Below, piece after piece: positions 45,531 to 54,473 of a DNA stretch of 64,000 nucleotides. Position 1 is the first letter of the stretch; each line of letters begins with the position of its first letter. Below the pieces are notes generated by a model, which was not told the origin of the DNA, searched no databases, and saw only the letters and a program-made list of their open reading frames with translations. Source of the stretch: Rhodoblastus sp. Its GTDB lineage: Bacteria > Pseudomonadota > Alphaproteobacteria > Rhizobiales > Beijerinckiaceae. The stretch spans positions 7,782 to 71,781 of the forward strand of contig NZ_JBKQOU010000305.1 in assembly GCF_052145335.1 (NCBI RefSeq), in the 5' to 3' direction. The position numbers were made by a program, and so were the translations under genes.

Positions 45531-46019
45531 ATGCCCTCCGACGTCCCTTTCTGCCTTGCGCTTTACCAGCCCGACATTCCGCAAAACGCTGGCACGATGC
45601 TGCGGCTTTGCGCTTGTCTCGGGCTGGATGCGGCGCTGATCGGACCAGCGGGCTTTCCCTTGTCGGACCGCCATTTCCGTCGCGCCGGCATGGATTATCT
45701 CGACCATGTGAACATCGAGCGACATGTCTCGTGGCGCGAGTTCGAGGACTGGCGCGCGGCGAAAGGCCGAAGGCTGGCGCTTTTGTCGACGCGCGGCGAC
45801 ACCGCCTATACGGATTTCATTTTTCAGCCGGGCGACATCGTGATGGTCGGGCGCGAATCGGCTGGGGCGCCGGACGAGGTTCACGCCAGCGCCCAGGCGC
45901 GCCTGCGCATTCCGGTGCGCGCCGGACTGCGTTCGCTGAACGTCGCGGTGGCGGCGGCGATGGTTCTGGGCGAAGCTCTGCGCCAGACGCGGACTTTTCC
46001 GCAGGGAGAACTTGAGTGA
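45531..46019 (+). CDS. trmL: tRNA (cytidine(34)-2'-O)-methyltransferase
   Basis: [27 protein letters not shown]. Confidence 0.92.
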   Translation: MPSDVPFCLALYQPDIPQNAGTMLRLCACLGLDAALIGPAGFPLSDRHFRRAGMDYLDHVNIERHVSWREFEDWRAAKGRRLALLSTRGDTAYTDFIFQPGDIVMVGRESAGAPDEVHASAQARLRIPVRAGLRSLNVAVAAAMVLGEALRQTRTFPQGELE

Positions 46020-46912
46020 GCGATTCGGAACTTGAAATCCGCCAGAAGACGGCAACGGAATGGTTTTTCGCGTTGCAATCGCGGATCGTGGAATCGTTCG
46101 AGGCTCTGGAGCGGCGCGAAGACGCCCTCTGGAGCGAAACGGACTTGAAAGCGGGACAATTCTCGCTCACGCCTTGGGAGCGGCAAAACCATGACGGCGC
46201 GCCGGGCGGCGGCGGCCGCATGGGCTTGCTCAAGGGGCGGGTATTCGAAAAGGCCGGCATCCACTGCTCCGCCGTGCACGGGACTTTCGCGCCGGAATTC
46301 GCGCGCCAGATTCCCGGCGCCGACGAGGATCCGCGCTTCTGGGCGGCTGGGATTTCGCTGATCGCCCACCCGTGGAATCCCAATGTCCCCGCCGTGCATA
46401 TGAACACCCGCATGGTGGTGACCTCCAAAGCCTGGTTTGGCGGCGGCGCCGACCTCACCCCGGTTCTCGACGCTCGCCGCACCCAGGACGACGCGGATTC
46501 CCTCGCCTTCCACGCCGCGATGCGACAGGTCTGCGACGCCCACGCCGTCGCCGATTACCAGCGCTACAAAGCCTGGTGCGACGAGTATTTCTTGTTGAAA
46601 CACCGCAACGAACCGCGCGGGATCGGCGGCATTTTCTATGATTATCTCGAAGCCGGCGGCGCCGCTTTCGACCCGGCCTTCGCTTTCACCCGCGCTGTGG
46701 GCGAGGCGTTTGACGACGTCTATCCGCGCCTGGTCGAAGCCAATATGGGCAAGAGCTGGACGCCCGGACAACGCGAGGAGCAGCTGGTGCGCCGCGGGCG
46801 CTATGTGGAGTTCAACCTGCTCTATGATCGCGGCACCATTTTCGGCCTGAAGACCGGCGGCAATGTCGACGCCATTTTGTCATCCATGCCGCCCATAGTG
46901 AAATGGCCCTAA
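46016..46912 (+). CDS. hemF: Oxygen-dependent coproporphyrinogen III oxidase
   Basis: [35 protein letters not shown]. Confidence 0.97.
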   Translation: MSDSELEIRQKTATEWFFALQSRIVESFEALERREDALWSETDLKAGQFSLTPWERQNHDGAPGGGGRMGLLKGRVFEKAGIHCSAVHGTFAPEFARQIPGADEDPRFWAAGISLIAHPWNPNVPAVHMNTRMVVTSKAWFGGGADLTPVLDARRTQDDADSLAFHAAMRQVCDAHAVADYQRYKAWCDEYFLLKHRNEPRGIGGIFYDYLEAGGAAFDPAFAFTRAVGEAFDDVYPRLVEANMGKSWTPGQREEQLVRRGRYVEFNLLYDRGTIFGLKTGGNVDAILSSMPPIVKWP

Positions 46913-46974
46913 CATTTTTCCGGGCTGCGGACCCGCCCGGGGAATAGATTTCTCAACAAGCAAGAGGCGAGGCG

Positions 46975-47169
46975 ATGGAATTCAAACCTGGCGAAATCGT
47001 GCAGTTGAAATCCGGCGGTCGCGGCCTGACCGTGGTCAAGCAGACCAAGGACGCCGTCGATGTGATCTGGTACGCGGATACCGACGACGCCATTCGCACC
47101 GCGACCATTCCGGCCGCGTGCCTGGCGCTGATCGAATTCGCCGACGACGAAGATCTCGACGACGAGTAA
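46975..47169 (+). CDS. YodC/DUF2158 small protein
   Basis: FKPGEIVQLKSGG..LTV...W motif; GAGG RBS. Confidence 0.82.
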   Translation: MEFKPGEIVQLKSGGRGLTVVKQTKDAVDVIWYADTDDAIRTATIPAACLALIEFADDEDLDDE

Positions 47170-47198
47170 CCGGCGGGGCTGATCCGGGCCACCAAAAA

Positions 47199-48257
47199 TC
47201 AGCGGAAACGCGACGTCGGCAGGTCGAAATCGGTTGGCGCGCCTTCCGGCACAAAGACCCCGTCTTCCCTCATCGCGCCTCGCGCGGGCGGGGACGGCGT
47301 TTCGGCGGCAGCAGGCGCGTGCAGCGCCATGGGACCGGTTTGCGCCGAGCGCCGTGGCGGCGCCGGCGGCCCGTTGGGTGAAACGCGCCGGGACGTATCG
47401 GCCGCAGCTATGGTCGCGGCGGCAAGCGCCAGATCCGGGCCGGAATGCATGGCATAGGCGCTAGCGCCCCGCGGCGCGCCGACCTGCGCAATGTCGAGAT
47501 CGTCGTCGATTTCCGGCGCTTCGGGCAGGTTGTCCTTGTGCGGCCCTTCCTTGAGGGATGGCGGCTCGGTCATTTGCGGCGCCGGCTTGCAGATCCGGCG
47601 AGGGCCGGTCGAGGTCATGCCGTGCATGGCCAGATCGAGATGGATATGATTGTAGTGAAACATATTCGAGCCGGGACTGAGCACGGTGGCGAAATGGCCG
47701 CAGGCGCCACTATGGACGTCGCGCAAAAAGGCCTGGGTTTGCGGATCGCCGCGCGTCCAGTCATGGACCAGGGTGATGATGCGTCCGTCAGCCAGCCGGA
47801 AGCCGCCGACGTCGAGGGCGTTGCCGAAGGAATGTTCCGACAGACGCGCGCCGATCTGGTTGTTCATGCCGCGGCAATTATAAGAGCCCATGGAATCGAT
47901 TTCGGCCACCGGCTGGCCGAAACGCGCCTGCGCCGCGGGCTGCACCACCTCGGCCAGCCAGGATTCGAGTTCGGCCACCATCGAGCAATCCAGCGTCTGC
48001 GTCGCATTGAACTGCACCGCCCCGCCCTGCAACGCCGTGACTTTCAATGGCCGCGTCAAGCCGCAAATCGAGGGGCCGTCGATCTCATGCGCCGCGGGCT
48101 GGACGTAGTTCGACAAGGCGACGCGCCGTTCCGCAAAACAGGCGGCTTCCGCCCGGGCGCGCCACGCCGGGCGTTCGGCGCGCTGGAATTTCGAGCAGCC
48201 GGCGAGAGCGCCGAGCGCAAGCATGATGAAAAGGGCTGTTTGACTGCGGCGCGCCAT
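47199..48257 (-). CDS. Extensin-like C-terminal domain lipoprotein
   Basis: Lipobox LAGC; GSYNCR, LSEHSFGNALD, HYNHIHLD. Confidence 0.87.
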   Translation of the reverse strand: MARRSQTALFIMLALGALAGCSKFQRAERPAWRARAEAACFAERRVALSNYVQPAAHEIDGPSICGLTRPLKVTALQGGAVQFNATQTLDCSMVAELESWLAEVVQPAAQARFGQPVAEIDSMGSYNCRGMNNQIGARLSEHSFGNALDVGGFRLADGRIITLVHDWTRGDPQTQAFLRDVHSGACGHFATVLSPGSNMFHYNHIHLDLAMHGMTSTGPRRICKPAPQMTEPPSLKEGPHKDNLPEAPEIDDDLDIAQVGAPRGASAYAMHSGPDLALAAATIAAADTSRRVSPNGPPAPPRRSAQTGPMALHAPAAAETPSPPARGAMREDGVFVPEGAPTDFDLPTSRFR

Positions 48258-48383
48258 GCTGCAATTCCTGCAGCCGCCGCGTTAATCGGCGCTAAAGCAA
48301 AATAGTTAACGTTGAGAATTTCCGAAGTGACCGCGCGCTCTGGCGGGGATGAGAGCCGGCATTTCCCGTCTTCGCCTCGGAAA

Positions 48384-48413
48384 GGAAAACGGCGGCCGAA
48401 TGGGCCGCCGTTC
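48384..48413 (-). terminator. Terminator downstream of the DUF2852 gene
   Basis: AACGGCGGCC...GGCCGCCG followed by TTTT on the minus strand. Confidence 0.7.
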
Positions 48414-48423
48414 CAGGGAAAGA

Positions 48424-48900
48424 TCAGCCTTGGGGCTCGGTCGGGCCCTGACTGGCTCGGCTGGCCATGAAGCGCTCGAATTCCTCGCGGTCCTTGGCCC
48501 GGCGCAGGCCGTCCAGATAATCGTTGAACGCCTTTTCGGCCTCGAAAATCTTGCGGCGTTCCTCTTCGAGGCGCGTAAGCTCCGCCTTGCGCCATTCGTC
48601 GAAAGCGGAATTGCCGCTCGACGCCGGCCATTCGGCGGAAAAATTGCGCGCCATGGCTCCAAGGCCGCTGCGTTTTTCGAATCCGCCCCATTTTTCCTGG
48701 GCGAACTGGCCAAAATCACCGGCATAGGCGGTCTTGGCCTGGAAGATCTTCCAGCCGAGTATGGCGAGGCCGACCGGCCAGAACAAAATGAAGCCGAGGA
48801 TCATCGCCAGGAGTTCGATCGGTTTCCAGCGCATGCGTCCGCACGGCCCGGAATGGGCGTGGGAGTTAGCCGATGCATAGGCTCGGTGTGAACAGCTCAT
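48424..48900 (-). CDS. DUF2852 membrane protein
   Basis: MILGFILFWPVGLA, SSGNSAFDEWR, LRRAKDREEFERFM. Confidence 0.88.
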   Translation of the reverse strand: MSCSHRAYASANSHAHSGPCGRMRWKPIELLAMILGFILFWPVGLAILGWKIFQAKTAYAGDFGQFAQEKWGGFEKRSGLGAMARNFSAEWPASSGNSAFDEWRKAELTRLEEERRKIFEAEKAFNDYLDGLRRAKDREEFERFMASRASQGPTEPQG

Positions 48901-48938
48901 GTGACAGCTCCGTTCATCGGCCGCCGTGGACGGCGGCG

Positions 48939-48963
48939 ATGTGAATGTAATATACATTTACAT
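48939..48963. promoter_or_regulatory. Palindromic operator, probably for the adjacent TetR regulator
   Basis: ATGTGAATGTA-ATA-TACATTTACAT (10/11 inverted match) upstream of the DUF2852 gene. Confidence 0.72.
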
Positions 48964-49003
48964 TGAAGCCGTGCACAGAGGCGCCGCCGAAAAATTTTCG
49001 TGA

Positions 49004-49696
49004 TTATTTTTCCCTGGGAAAAACCGGCTCGACGCCGAGCGAACGGCGGATCTCGCCTTCGACCAGAGCGGCGACGGCGTCTTCGAGCAAGGTGGAAGCT
49101 TCCGCCGCGCCGCCGGCAAAATGGCCGGCCAGCAGCAGCTCGGCGACGCCATGGGTCGTCGCCCAGATTTGCACTGCAAGATTGCGGGCGTTTTTTTCCG
49201 GAGCATAGAAATGGCGCAGGACGGCGACGGTGGTTCGCACCAACTCGTCGAAGGCCTTTTGCGCCGCAGCCTGAGCCGCGGGTTCGGCGGCTGGCGGCGC
49301 GAGAAAGCCGGCGTCGCCGAACATGGCCTTGTAGAGACCGGGTTCGGCCTTGGCGAAAGCCAGGTAGGCTGCGCCGCGCCGGCGCAGCGCGGTGACCGGA
49401 TCCGGGCGCCCGCCGTCCCAGGCGCGGCCAAGCTGTTCGTTGAAATGCTCGAAACCCTCTTGCGCCAGCGCCGCCACCAAGGCGCTGCGGTCGGCGAAAT
49501 GACGGTAGGGCGCGGCGCCGGTGACCCCGACGCGCTTGGCCGCCTCGGCCAGGGTGAAACCAGCCGGACCGCGTTCGGACATCAGCGCCCGCGCGGCGGC
49601 GAGCAAAGCCTGGCGAAGCCGGCCGTGGTGGTAGCCGCGACCCTTGCCGCCAAATCCACCGTTTGGGCCGCCGCATCCATCGGTTTCGGCGCTCAT
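49004..49696 (-). CDS. TetR-family regulator (WHG-type C-terminus)
   Basis: YHHGRLRQALL, GVTGAAPYRHF, WATTHG. Confidence 0.92.
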   Translation of the reverse strand: MSAETDGCGGPNGGFGGKGRGYHHGRLRQALLAAARALMSERGPAGFTLAEAAKRVGVTGAAPYRHFADRSALVAALAQEGFEHFNEQLGRAWDGGRPDPVTALRRRGAAYLAFAKAEPGLYKAMFGDAGFLAPPAAEPAAQAAAQKAFDELVRTTVAVLRHFYAPEKNARNLAVQIWATTHGVAELLLAGHFAGGAAEASTLLEDAVAALVEGEIRRSLGVEPVFPREK

Positions 49697-49965
49697 GAAC
49701 AATCCCGTCCGCCGCGAGGCGCGGCGCCTATAGCCGCTATCGCGCATTTTTTTTCGCGCGGCAATCTTTCCCTTCCTGGGCTGACACGGCGCCGGTCGGC
49801 GGCATTCGTGAAACGGCTTAATTTTTGCGCATTTTACGCCGTTTTGCGCAGGATTCGCGCCCCATCGCCTAATGTTTGGAATTGTTCCAGCATGTAAGCA
49901 ATATTACAATAGCATCTTGTTTAAGCAGGAATTAGCCGGGTTCGAACCCGTTGGAGAACCCGAGC

Positions 49966-50049
49966 ATGTCGACCGCAATCAAAGTGGAAATCATGTCGAT
50001 CTGCGCCGCTTTCGCTTTCATCGGCGCCGTGCTCGTCGCCGTCTGGTGA
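49966..50049 (+). CDS. Putative 27-aa single-TM small protein
   Basis: GGAGA RBS at 49953; MSTAIKVEIMSICAAFAFIGAVLVAVW*; nearly all third codon positions G/C. Confidence 0.65.
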   Translation: MSTAIKVEIMSICAAFAFIGAVLVAVW

Positions 50050-50098
50050 GCGGAAATGATCTGAAGCAGCCTACGGCGCGCAAATCCGGGCGCTGGAA

Positions 50099-50184
50099 GT
50101 GGCGGCCCGCGCTCCCTCCCCCGCGGCCACACCAACGCCTGAGAGCTCCGCTCCTGTTCAACCGGGGCGGGGCTTCGGTTTTTT
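50099..50184 (+). ncRNA. Candidate 3'-UTR sRNA: anti-SD hairpin plus terminator
   Basis: CCGCG-CTCCCTCCCC-CGCGG hairpin, then GAGCTCCGCTCC...GGGGCGGGGCTT and TTTTTT. Confidence 0.45.
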
Positions 50185-50344
50185 CCCCGGGCTTGCCACC
50201 AAGCAGCGCTAATGAAGCCTTCGGATTCGCGCAGGGCCGACGCATTCGGCAAGGCGCGAAAAAATCAGGCGGCGCACGAAAACCGGGGGGAAGGTTTTCA
50301 TACGCCGCCCTCGGGCGTCCGGGGTTAATTTCGGACGCCTTTCC

Positions 50345-51334
50345 TTACCGGCTTTGCGCCGGTTTGAAGCGCAGGCTCGCCGATTGCTCAAACAACCGGT
50401 CCTGCGACTGAGCCAACATTTCCATCTTGCGTAGATTGATCGGCGCCAGATGCATCACCGAGTCGACCCAGATGTCGGTGACGTCTCGCAATTCGTCCAT
50501 GGTCAGCGGCGAGATCCGTCGCCGCACCTTGCCGATCGCCCCCAACAGGCTATGCCGCTTGCCGTTTTCCGCAATGAAGGCCCGAGCGCGCGCCTGACCC
50601 TCGCCTTTTTCCGCGAGCATGTCGATCAGGCCCATCTCGTGCAACTCTTCCGCCTTGTACATGCGCCCGGACATGATCAGCTTTTCCGCACGTGCCGAAT
50701 CGAGCCGACGCGAGATCAGACTATAGGCGCCCATGCCGGGAAACGTGTGGAACAGGGATTCGGGAAAGCCTAGATTGACGCCACGTTCGGCGATGACGAA
50801 CTGGCAACTCAGCGCTGCCTCCAGGCCGCCGCCCAGCGCGTCTCCCTCCAGCACGGCCATGGTGACGACGGGCGAATCGAAGCCGTGGTAGATATTGTAA
50901 ATGGCCTCGATGCAGGCATAGGCGTAATGCCGCAGCCCCTCGGCGTCGCGCGCACGCACACGGTCAAGAAAATAGGGCAGATCGCCGCCCATGTTGAACA
51001 CGCCCGGACGCAGCGAGCCGCCGACGAGGAACTTGACCGGAGGCTCGTCAAATTGGTTGCGCTGATACAAAGCCCGAATATCGGCGTTCAGCGCGTTGAA
51101 TTCGCGCAGCAGCGGCAAGGTCCAGCTCACGGAATTTTCGTGACGCATGGAGCACCAGATGGTTTTGGAGTTCGGGTCGAACCGGACTTCCAACAACCGG
51201 CGCGGCTTGAGCAGGAAGTCGAGACTATCCGACGCCGCGCTGCGGCTTTCCCTTCGCGGCAAAAGATTCGCCGCCCTGGAATTTCGGACTGGTGGAATGG
51301 AAAGCTGCGACGGAAACTCAACGAAATGGAGCAT
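50345..51334 (-). CDS. RpfF-like crotonase (putative DSF synthase), start uncertain
   Basis: VFNMGGDL..F, LRHYAYAC, ALGGGLEAALSC, GFPESLF..FPGMGAYS; both catalytic Glu present. Confidence 0.85.
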   Translation of the reverse strand: MLHFVEFPSQLSIPPVRNSRAANLLPRRESRSAASDSLDFLLKPRRLLEVRFDPNSKTIWCSMRHENSVSWTLPLLREFNALNADIRALYQRNQFDEPPVKFLVGGSLRPGVFNMGGDLPYFLDRVRARDAEGLRHYAYACIEAIYNIYHGFDSPVVTMAVLEGDALGGGLEAALSCQFVIAERGVNLGFPESLFHTFPGMGAYSLISRRLDSARAEKLIMSGRMYKAEELHEMGLIDMLAEKGEGQARARAFIAENGKRHSLLGAIGKVRRRISPLTMDELRDVTDIWVDSVMHLAPINLRKMEMLAQSQDRLFEQSASLRFKPAQSR

Positions 51335-51480
51335 GACTCGAAAACTCAAACCGGCGTTGGCGGCCACAAGCGACTTTCGTCGCATGATCAAAGCTTAACA
51401 AGAATTAACTGTCCCAAATGTTATTTTTGGAACCATCTCAAGGAAATTACCAAAATTTCATGTTCAAATAAATTGTTGTA

Positions 51481-51506
51481 AATCAATATGATAGATAATA
51501 TTGATT
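51481..51506. promoter_or_regulatory. AT-rich perfect inverted repeat upstream of the RpfF-like gene
   Basis: AATCAATAT-GATAGATA-ATATTGATT. Confidence 0.55.
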
Positions 51507-53116
51507 CAAAAGTGGTCACTATCCGCGCGCTCGACCAGCGGCGCGCCATAACGGGCCAGCAGACCAGTTTCATCGCCGCAGCGGGCGATCAGTTCCGCCA
51601 CGTCGGCAGGCCGCGCGTCGATCAGGCTGGCCAGCGCCGCGTCTCCGATCAGCCGCGCCGGAGCGACGCCGGTCTTCCGCGCGATCGCCCGTCGGGCCTC
51701 GCGCAAGCCGCGCAGCCGACGTGCCTGTCCGACGTCGAGAGCGGGCTCCGGAGGCGGAGAAAAAAACTCTGCCGCGACCGGCGACGCATCCGAAGCTGGT
51801 TCAGCGTCTGTCATCGGACGCGAAAAGCGTTCGAATCCGCTGTGGATCACGTGGCGAGCCAAAATTCGCGCCTCGGCCGGCGCGCCGCAGGCCAAACGCG
51901 CCGCGCGCCGCAAAAAGCCGAAACGGCCACGGCAATTGTCACATTGGCCGCAAGGCGGCCCGACTTCGCCGAGCGCCGCCAGCATATGTTGTTCCCGGCA
52001 ATCGGCAGCGGCGAGATAGTCGACCAGGATTTTCGCGCGCCGCGCCGCCACCGGATCGAGACGCGCCAGTTCGAACCTCGCCGCGCGCAGGTCCGCCAGG
52101 CTTTTGCGCGAATAAAGCGCGATGGCCTCGGCCGGCTGGCCATCGCGTCCGGCGCGGCCGGTTTCCTGGTAGAGCGTTTCCAAATGCTCCGGCATGTCGG
52201 CGTGGATGACATAGCGGACGTCCGGCTTGTCGACGCCCAGCCCGAAAGCGATGGTCGCCACCATGACCATGTCCGGCCGCGCCAGAAACTCGTCCTGCCG
52301 CTCCTCGCGTGTCCGCGTCGGCAGACCGGCGTGATAGGAGGCCGCCTTATGGCCTGCCTCGCTAAGCTTTTGCGCCAGGAAATCCGCCTTTTTGCGCGAA
52401 CCGCAATAAACGATTCCGCTCATGTTCCGCCGCGCTGCGGCCAGTTCGACAAGCTGGCGTGTCGAATCGCGCCCCTGCGGCGCAGCCGAAAGCGCAATCG
52501 CCCTACGGCGGAACGAGCCGATCAGTTGGCGCGGCGGACGGACAAACAGTTTTTCGACAATTTGCGCGCGCGTGCCCGGCGCCGCCGTGGCGGTGGCGGC
52601 GACCATTTGCGGGAAGCCCAAAACCTCGGCCGCCTCGCCGATCGTTGCGTATTCCGGACGGAAATCGTGGCCCCATTGCGCGACGCAATGGGCCTCGTCC
52701 ACCGCCAGCAGGCGCACGTCCGCTCCGCGCAGAAGGTTCAAAGTATCGGAATCAGCCAGCCGTTCCGGCGAAAGATAGAGCAGGTTCAGGCGCCGACGCT
52801 CAATGTCCCGGCAAAGTTTCGCGTAGGCGCCCGAATCGATCTCCGCGTGCAGCGCGCTCGCCGCGACGCCCGATTTTTGCAGTTTCAGCGCCTGGTCGCG
52901 CATCAAGGCGACCAGCGGCGAGACAACAACGGTCAGGCCTGGACGCGCGATGGCGGGTAATTGATAGATCAGCGATTTGCCGCCGCCGGTCGGCCACAGC
53001 ACAAAAACGTCCTCGCCATCGAGCACGGCTTCGATCGCCTCGCCTTGCCCGGACAAAAAATCCCCGAAACCGAATTTTTCGCGCAGGATTTTTCGCGCGG
53101 CCTCCATGTCAGCCAT
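51506..53116 (-). CDS. recQ: RecQ-family helicase
   Basis: PTGGGKS, DEAHCVAQWGHDFRP, QETGRAGRDG, C..CGQCDNC Zn site, HRDC-like C-terminus. Confidence 0.9.
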   Translation of the reverse strand: MADMEAARKILREKFGFGDFLSGQGEAIEAVLDGEDVFVLWPTGGGKSLIYQLPAIARPGLTVVVSPLVALMRDQALKLQKSGVAASALHAEIDSGAYAKLCRDIERRRLNLLYLSPERLADSDTLNLLRGADVRLLAVDEAHCVAQWGHDFRPEYATIGEAAEVLGFPQMVAATATAAPGTRAQIVEKLFVRPPRQLIGSFRRRAIALSAAPQGRDSTRQLVELAAARRNMSGIVYCGSRKKADFLAQKLSEAGHKAASYHAGLPTRTREERQDEFLARPDMVMVATIAFGLGVDKPDVRYVIHADMPEHLETLYQETGRAGRDGQPAEAIALYSRKSLADLRAARFELARLDPVAARRAKILVDYLAAADCREQHMLAALGEVGPPCGQCDNCRGRFGFLRRAARLACGAPAEARILARHVIHSGFERFSRPMTDAEPASDASPVAAEFFSPPPEPALDVGQARRLRGLREARRAIARKTGVAPARLIGDAALASLIDARPADVAELIARCGDETGLLARYGAPLVERADSDHF

Positions 53117-53348
53117 CGCCGTCAGCCATTGAACGAGCGAACTTTTTCGCGGTCAGACTCAGCAAACCGCCCCCCGTTGCGACAAATAGAGGCGCCAAAG
53201 TCGAAAGCTTTGAGGGCGCTTGCCCGATTGTCATGTGCCGATCCGCAGCCTAGATTGCTTTAGCGCCACGCGATTTCCGGGTCGCCGGGCGGCAATAATT
53301 TGCACCGATTCGGGCTATTAGTCCCGACCGTCAGGAAGGAAACCAAGC

Positions 53349-53738
53349 ATGAAACTGATCCAGGCTCTGTCGGCCGCCGCCGCCCTCGCGTTCATCTCCT
53401 CGACCGCCTTCGCCGCCGGCGACCCGGAAGCGGGCGCCAAGGTTTTCAACAAGTGCATGGCCTGCCACAAGGTCGGTCCCGGCGCCAAGAACGGCGTCGG
53501 CCCGGAGCTGAACGGCCTCAACGGCCGCAAGACCGGCGCAGTGGAAGGCTATGCCTATTCCGACGCCAACAAGAATTCCGGCCTGACCTGGGACGAGGCG
53601 ACCTTCAAGGAATATATCACCGCGCCGCAGAAGAAGATTCCCGGCACCAAAATGACCTTCCCGGGCCTGCCCAACGAAGCCGACCGCGACAATCTCTGGG
53701 CCTACCTCGTCCAGTTCAAGGCCGACGGCTCCAAGTAA
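53349..53738 (+). CDS. cycA: Cytochrome c2
   Basis: Signal peptide, AGDPEAG, CMACH, PGTKMTF; AAGGA RBS. Confidence 0.92.
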   Translation: MKLIQALSAAAALAFISSTAFAAGDPEAGAKVFNKCMACHKVGPGAKNGVGPELNGLNGRKTGAVEGYAYSDANKNSGLTWDEATFKEYITAPQKKIPGTKMTFPGLPNEADRDNLWAYLVQFKADGSK

Positions 53739-53764
53739 GACTTTTCGACGTATTGCCGAGTTTG

Positions 53765-53804
53765 ACGCCGGTCGCGACCCTCGCGGCCGGCGTTTTTCTT
53801 TTTT
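53765..53804 (+). terminator. Rho-independent terminator
   Basis: ACGCCGGTCGCGA...TCGCGGCCGGCG followed by TTTTTCTTTTTT. Confidence 0.88.
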
Positions 53805-53963
53805 GCGCGACGATTCGGCAAATTGCCGCTTTCCCTTTTCCGCCGGCAGGCGCCCTTCGACCTCGCCGAAAAACGGGCCTCTTAAAGAAGCCCTTTGGGC
53901 TTATGCGAGGGATTCCTTGATCGCGACTTGTCGCGATCAAGGAAATGGAAATATACATCGCCT

Positions 53964-54473
53964 ATGACCGACCTCTCGCTCGATTACGCCCTGCAGACCC
54001 CCGGCGACCTGCCCGCTATCCGCAAGCTGGAGGCGCGCGCCTTCGGACCGGGCCGTTTCGCCAAGACCGCCTATCGCCTGCGCGAGGGCGTCGCGCCGGA
54101 CTGGAGCCTGTCTTACCTCGCGCGGATCGGCGGCATGCTGGTCGGCGCCAACACCATGACGCGCATCGCGATCGGCGGCGCCCCGGCCCTGCTGCTCGGC
54201 CCGCTGACGGTGGAAGAAGCCTTCCGCGCGAGGGGATTGGGCGAGGAACTGGCGCAGAAATCGCTCGACGCCGCCAAAGCCGCCGGCCATAGCCTGGTCA
54301 TTCTCGTCGGCGACGCGCCGTTTTACGAACGTCTCGGTTTTTCGCGCACGCCATTCGGCCGGTTCCAGTTTCCCGGCCCGGTCGATCCGACGCGGCTTTT
54401 GCATTGCGCCCTGCAGCCGGGCGCGCTGGAAAATTTTCGAGGCGCGGTGACGTTTTTGATCGGAACGACCTAA
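53964..54473 (+). CDS. GNAT N-acetyltransferase (YhbS-like)
   Basis: AFGPGRFAKTAYRLREG, LLGPLTV, R.RGLG, LVGDAPFY. Confidence 0.88.
   Translation: MTDLSLDYALQTPGDLPAIRKLEARAFGPGRFAKTAYRLREGVAPDWSLSYLARIGGMLVGANTMTRIAIGGAPALLLGPLTVEEAFRARGLGEELAQKSLDAAKAAGHSLVILVGDAPFYERLGFSRTPFGRFQFPGPVDPTRLLHCALQPGALENFRGAVTFLIGTT

Noticed and set aside
49893-49908. TGT-N10-ACA as a NifA UAS
   Set aside because: No good -24/-12 promoter downstream; the only GG-N10-GC (49878-49891) is upstream of it and lacks TTGC; kept only as an unassigned palindrome
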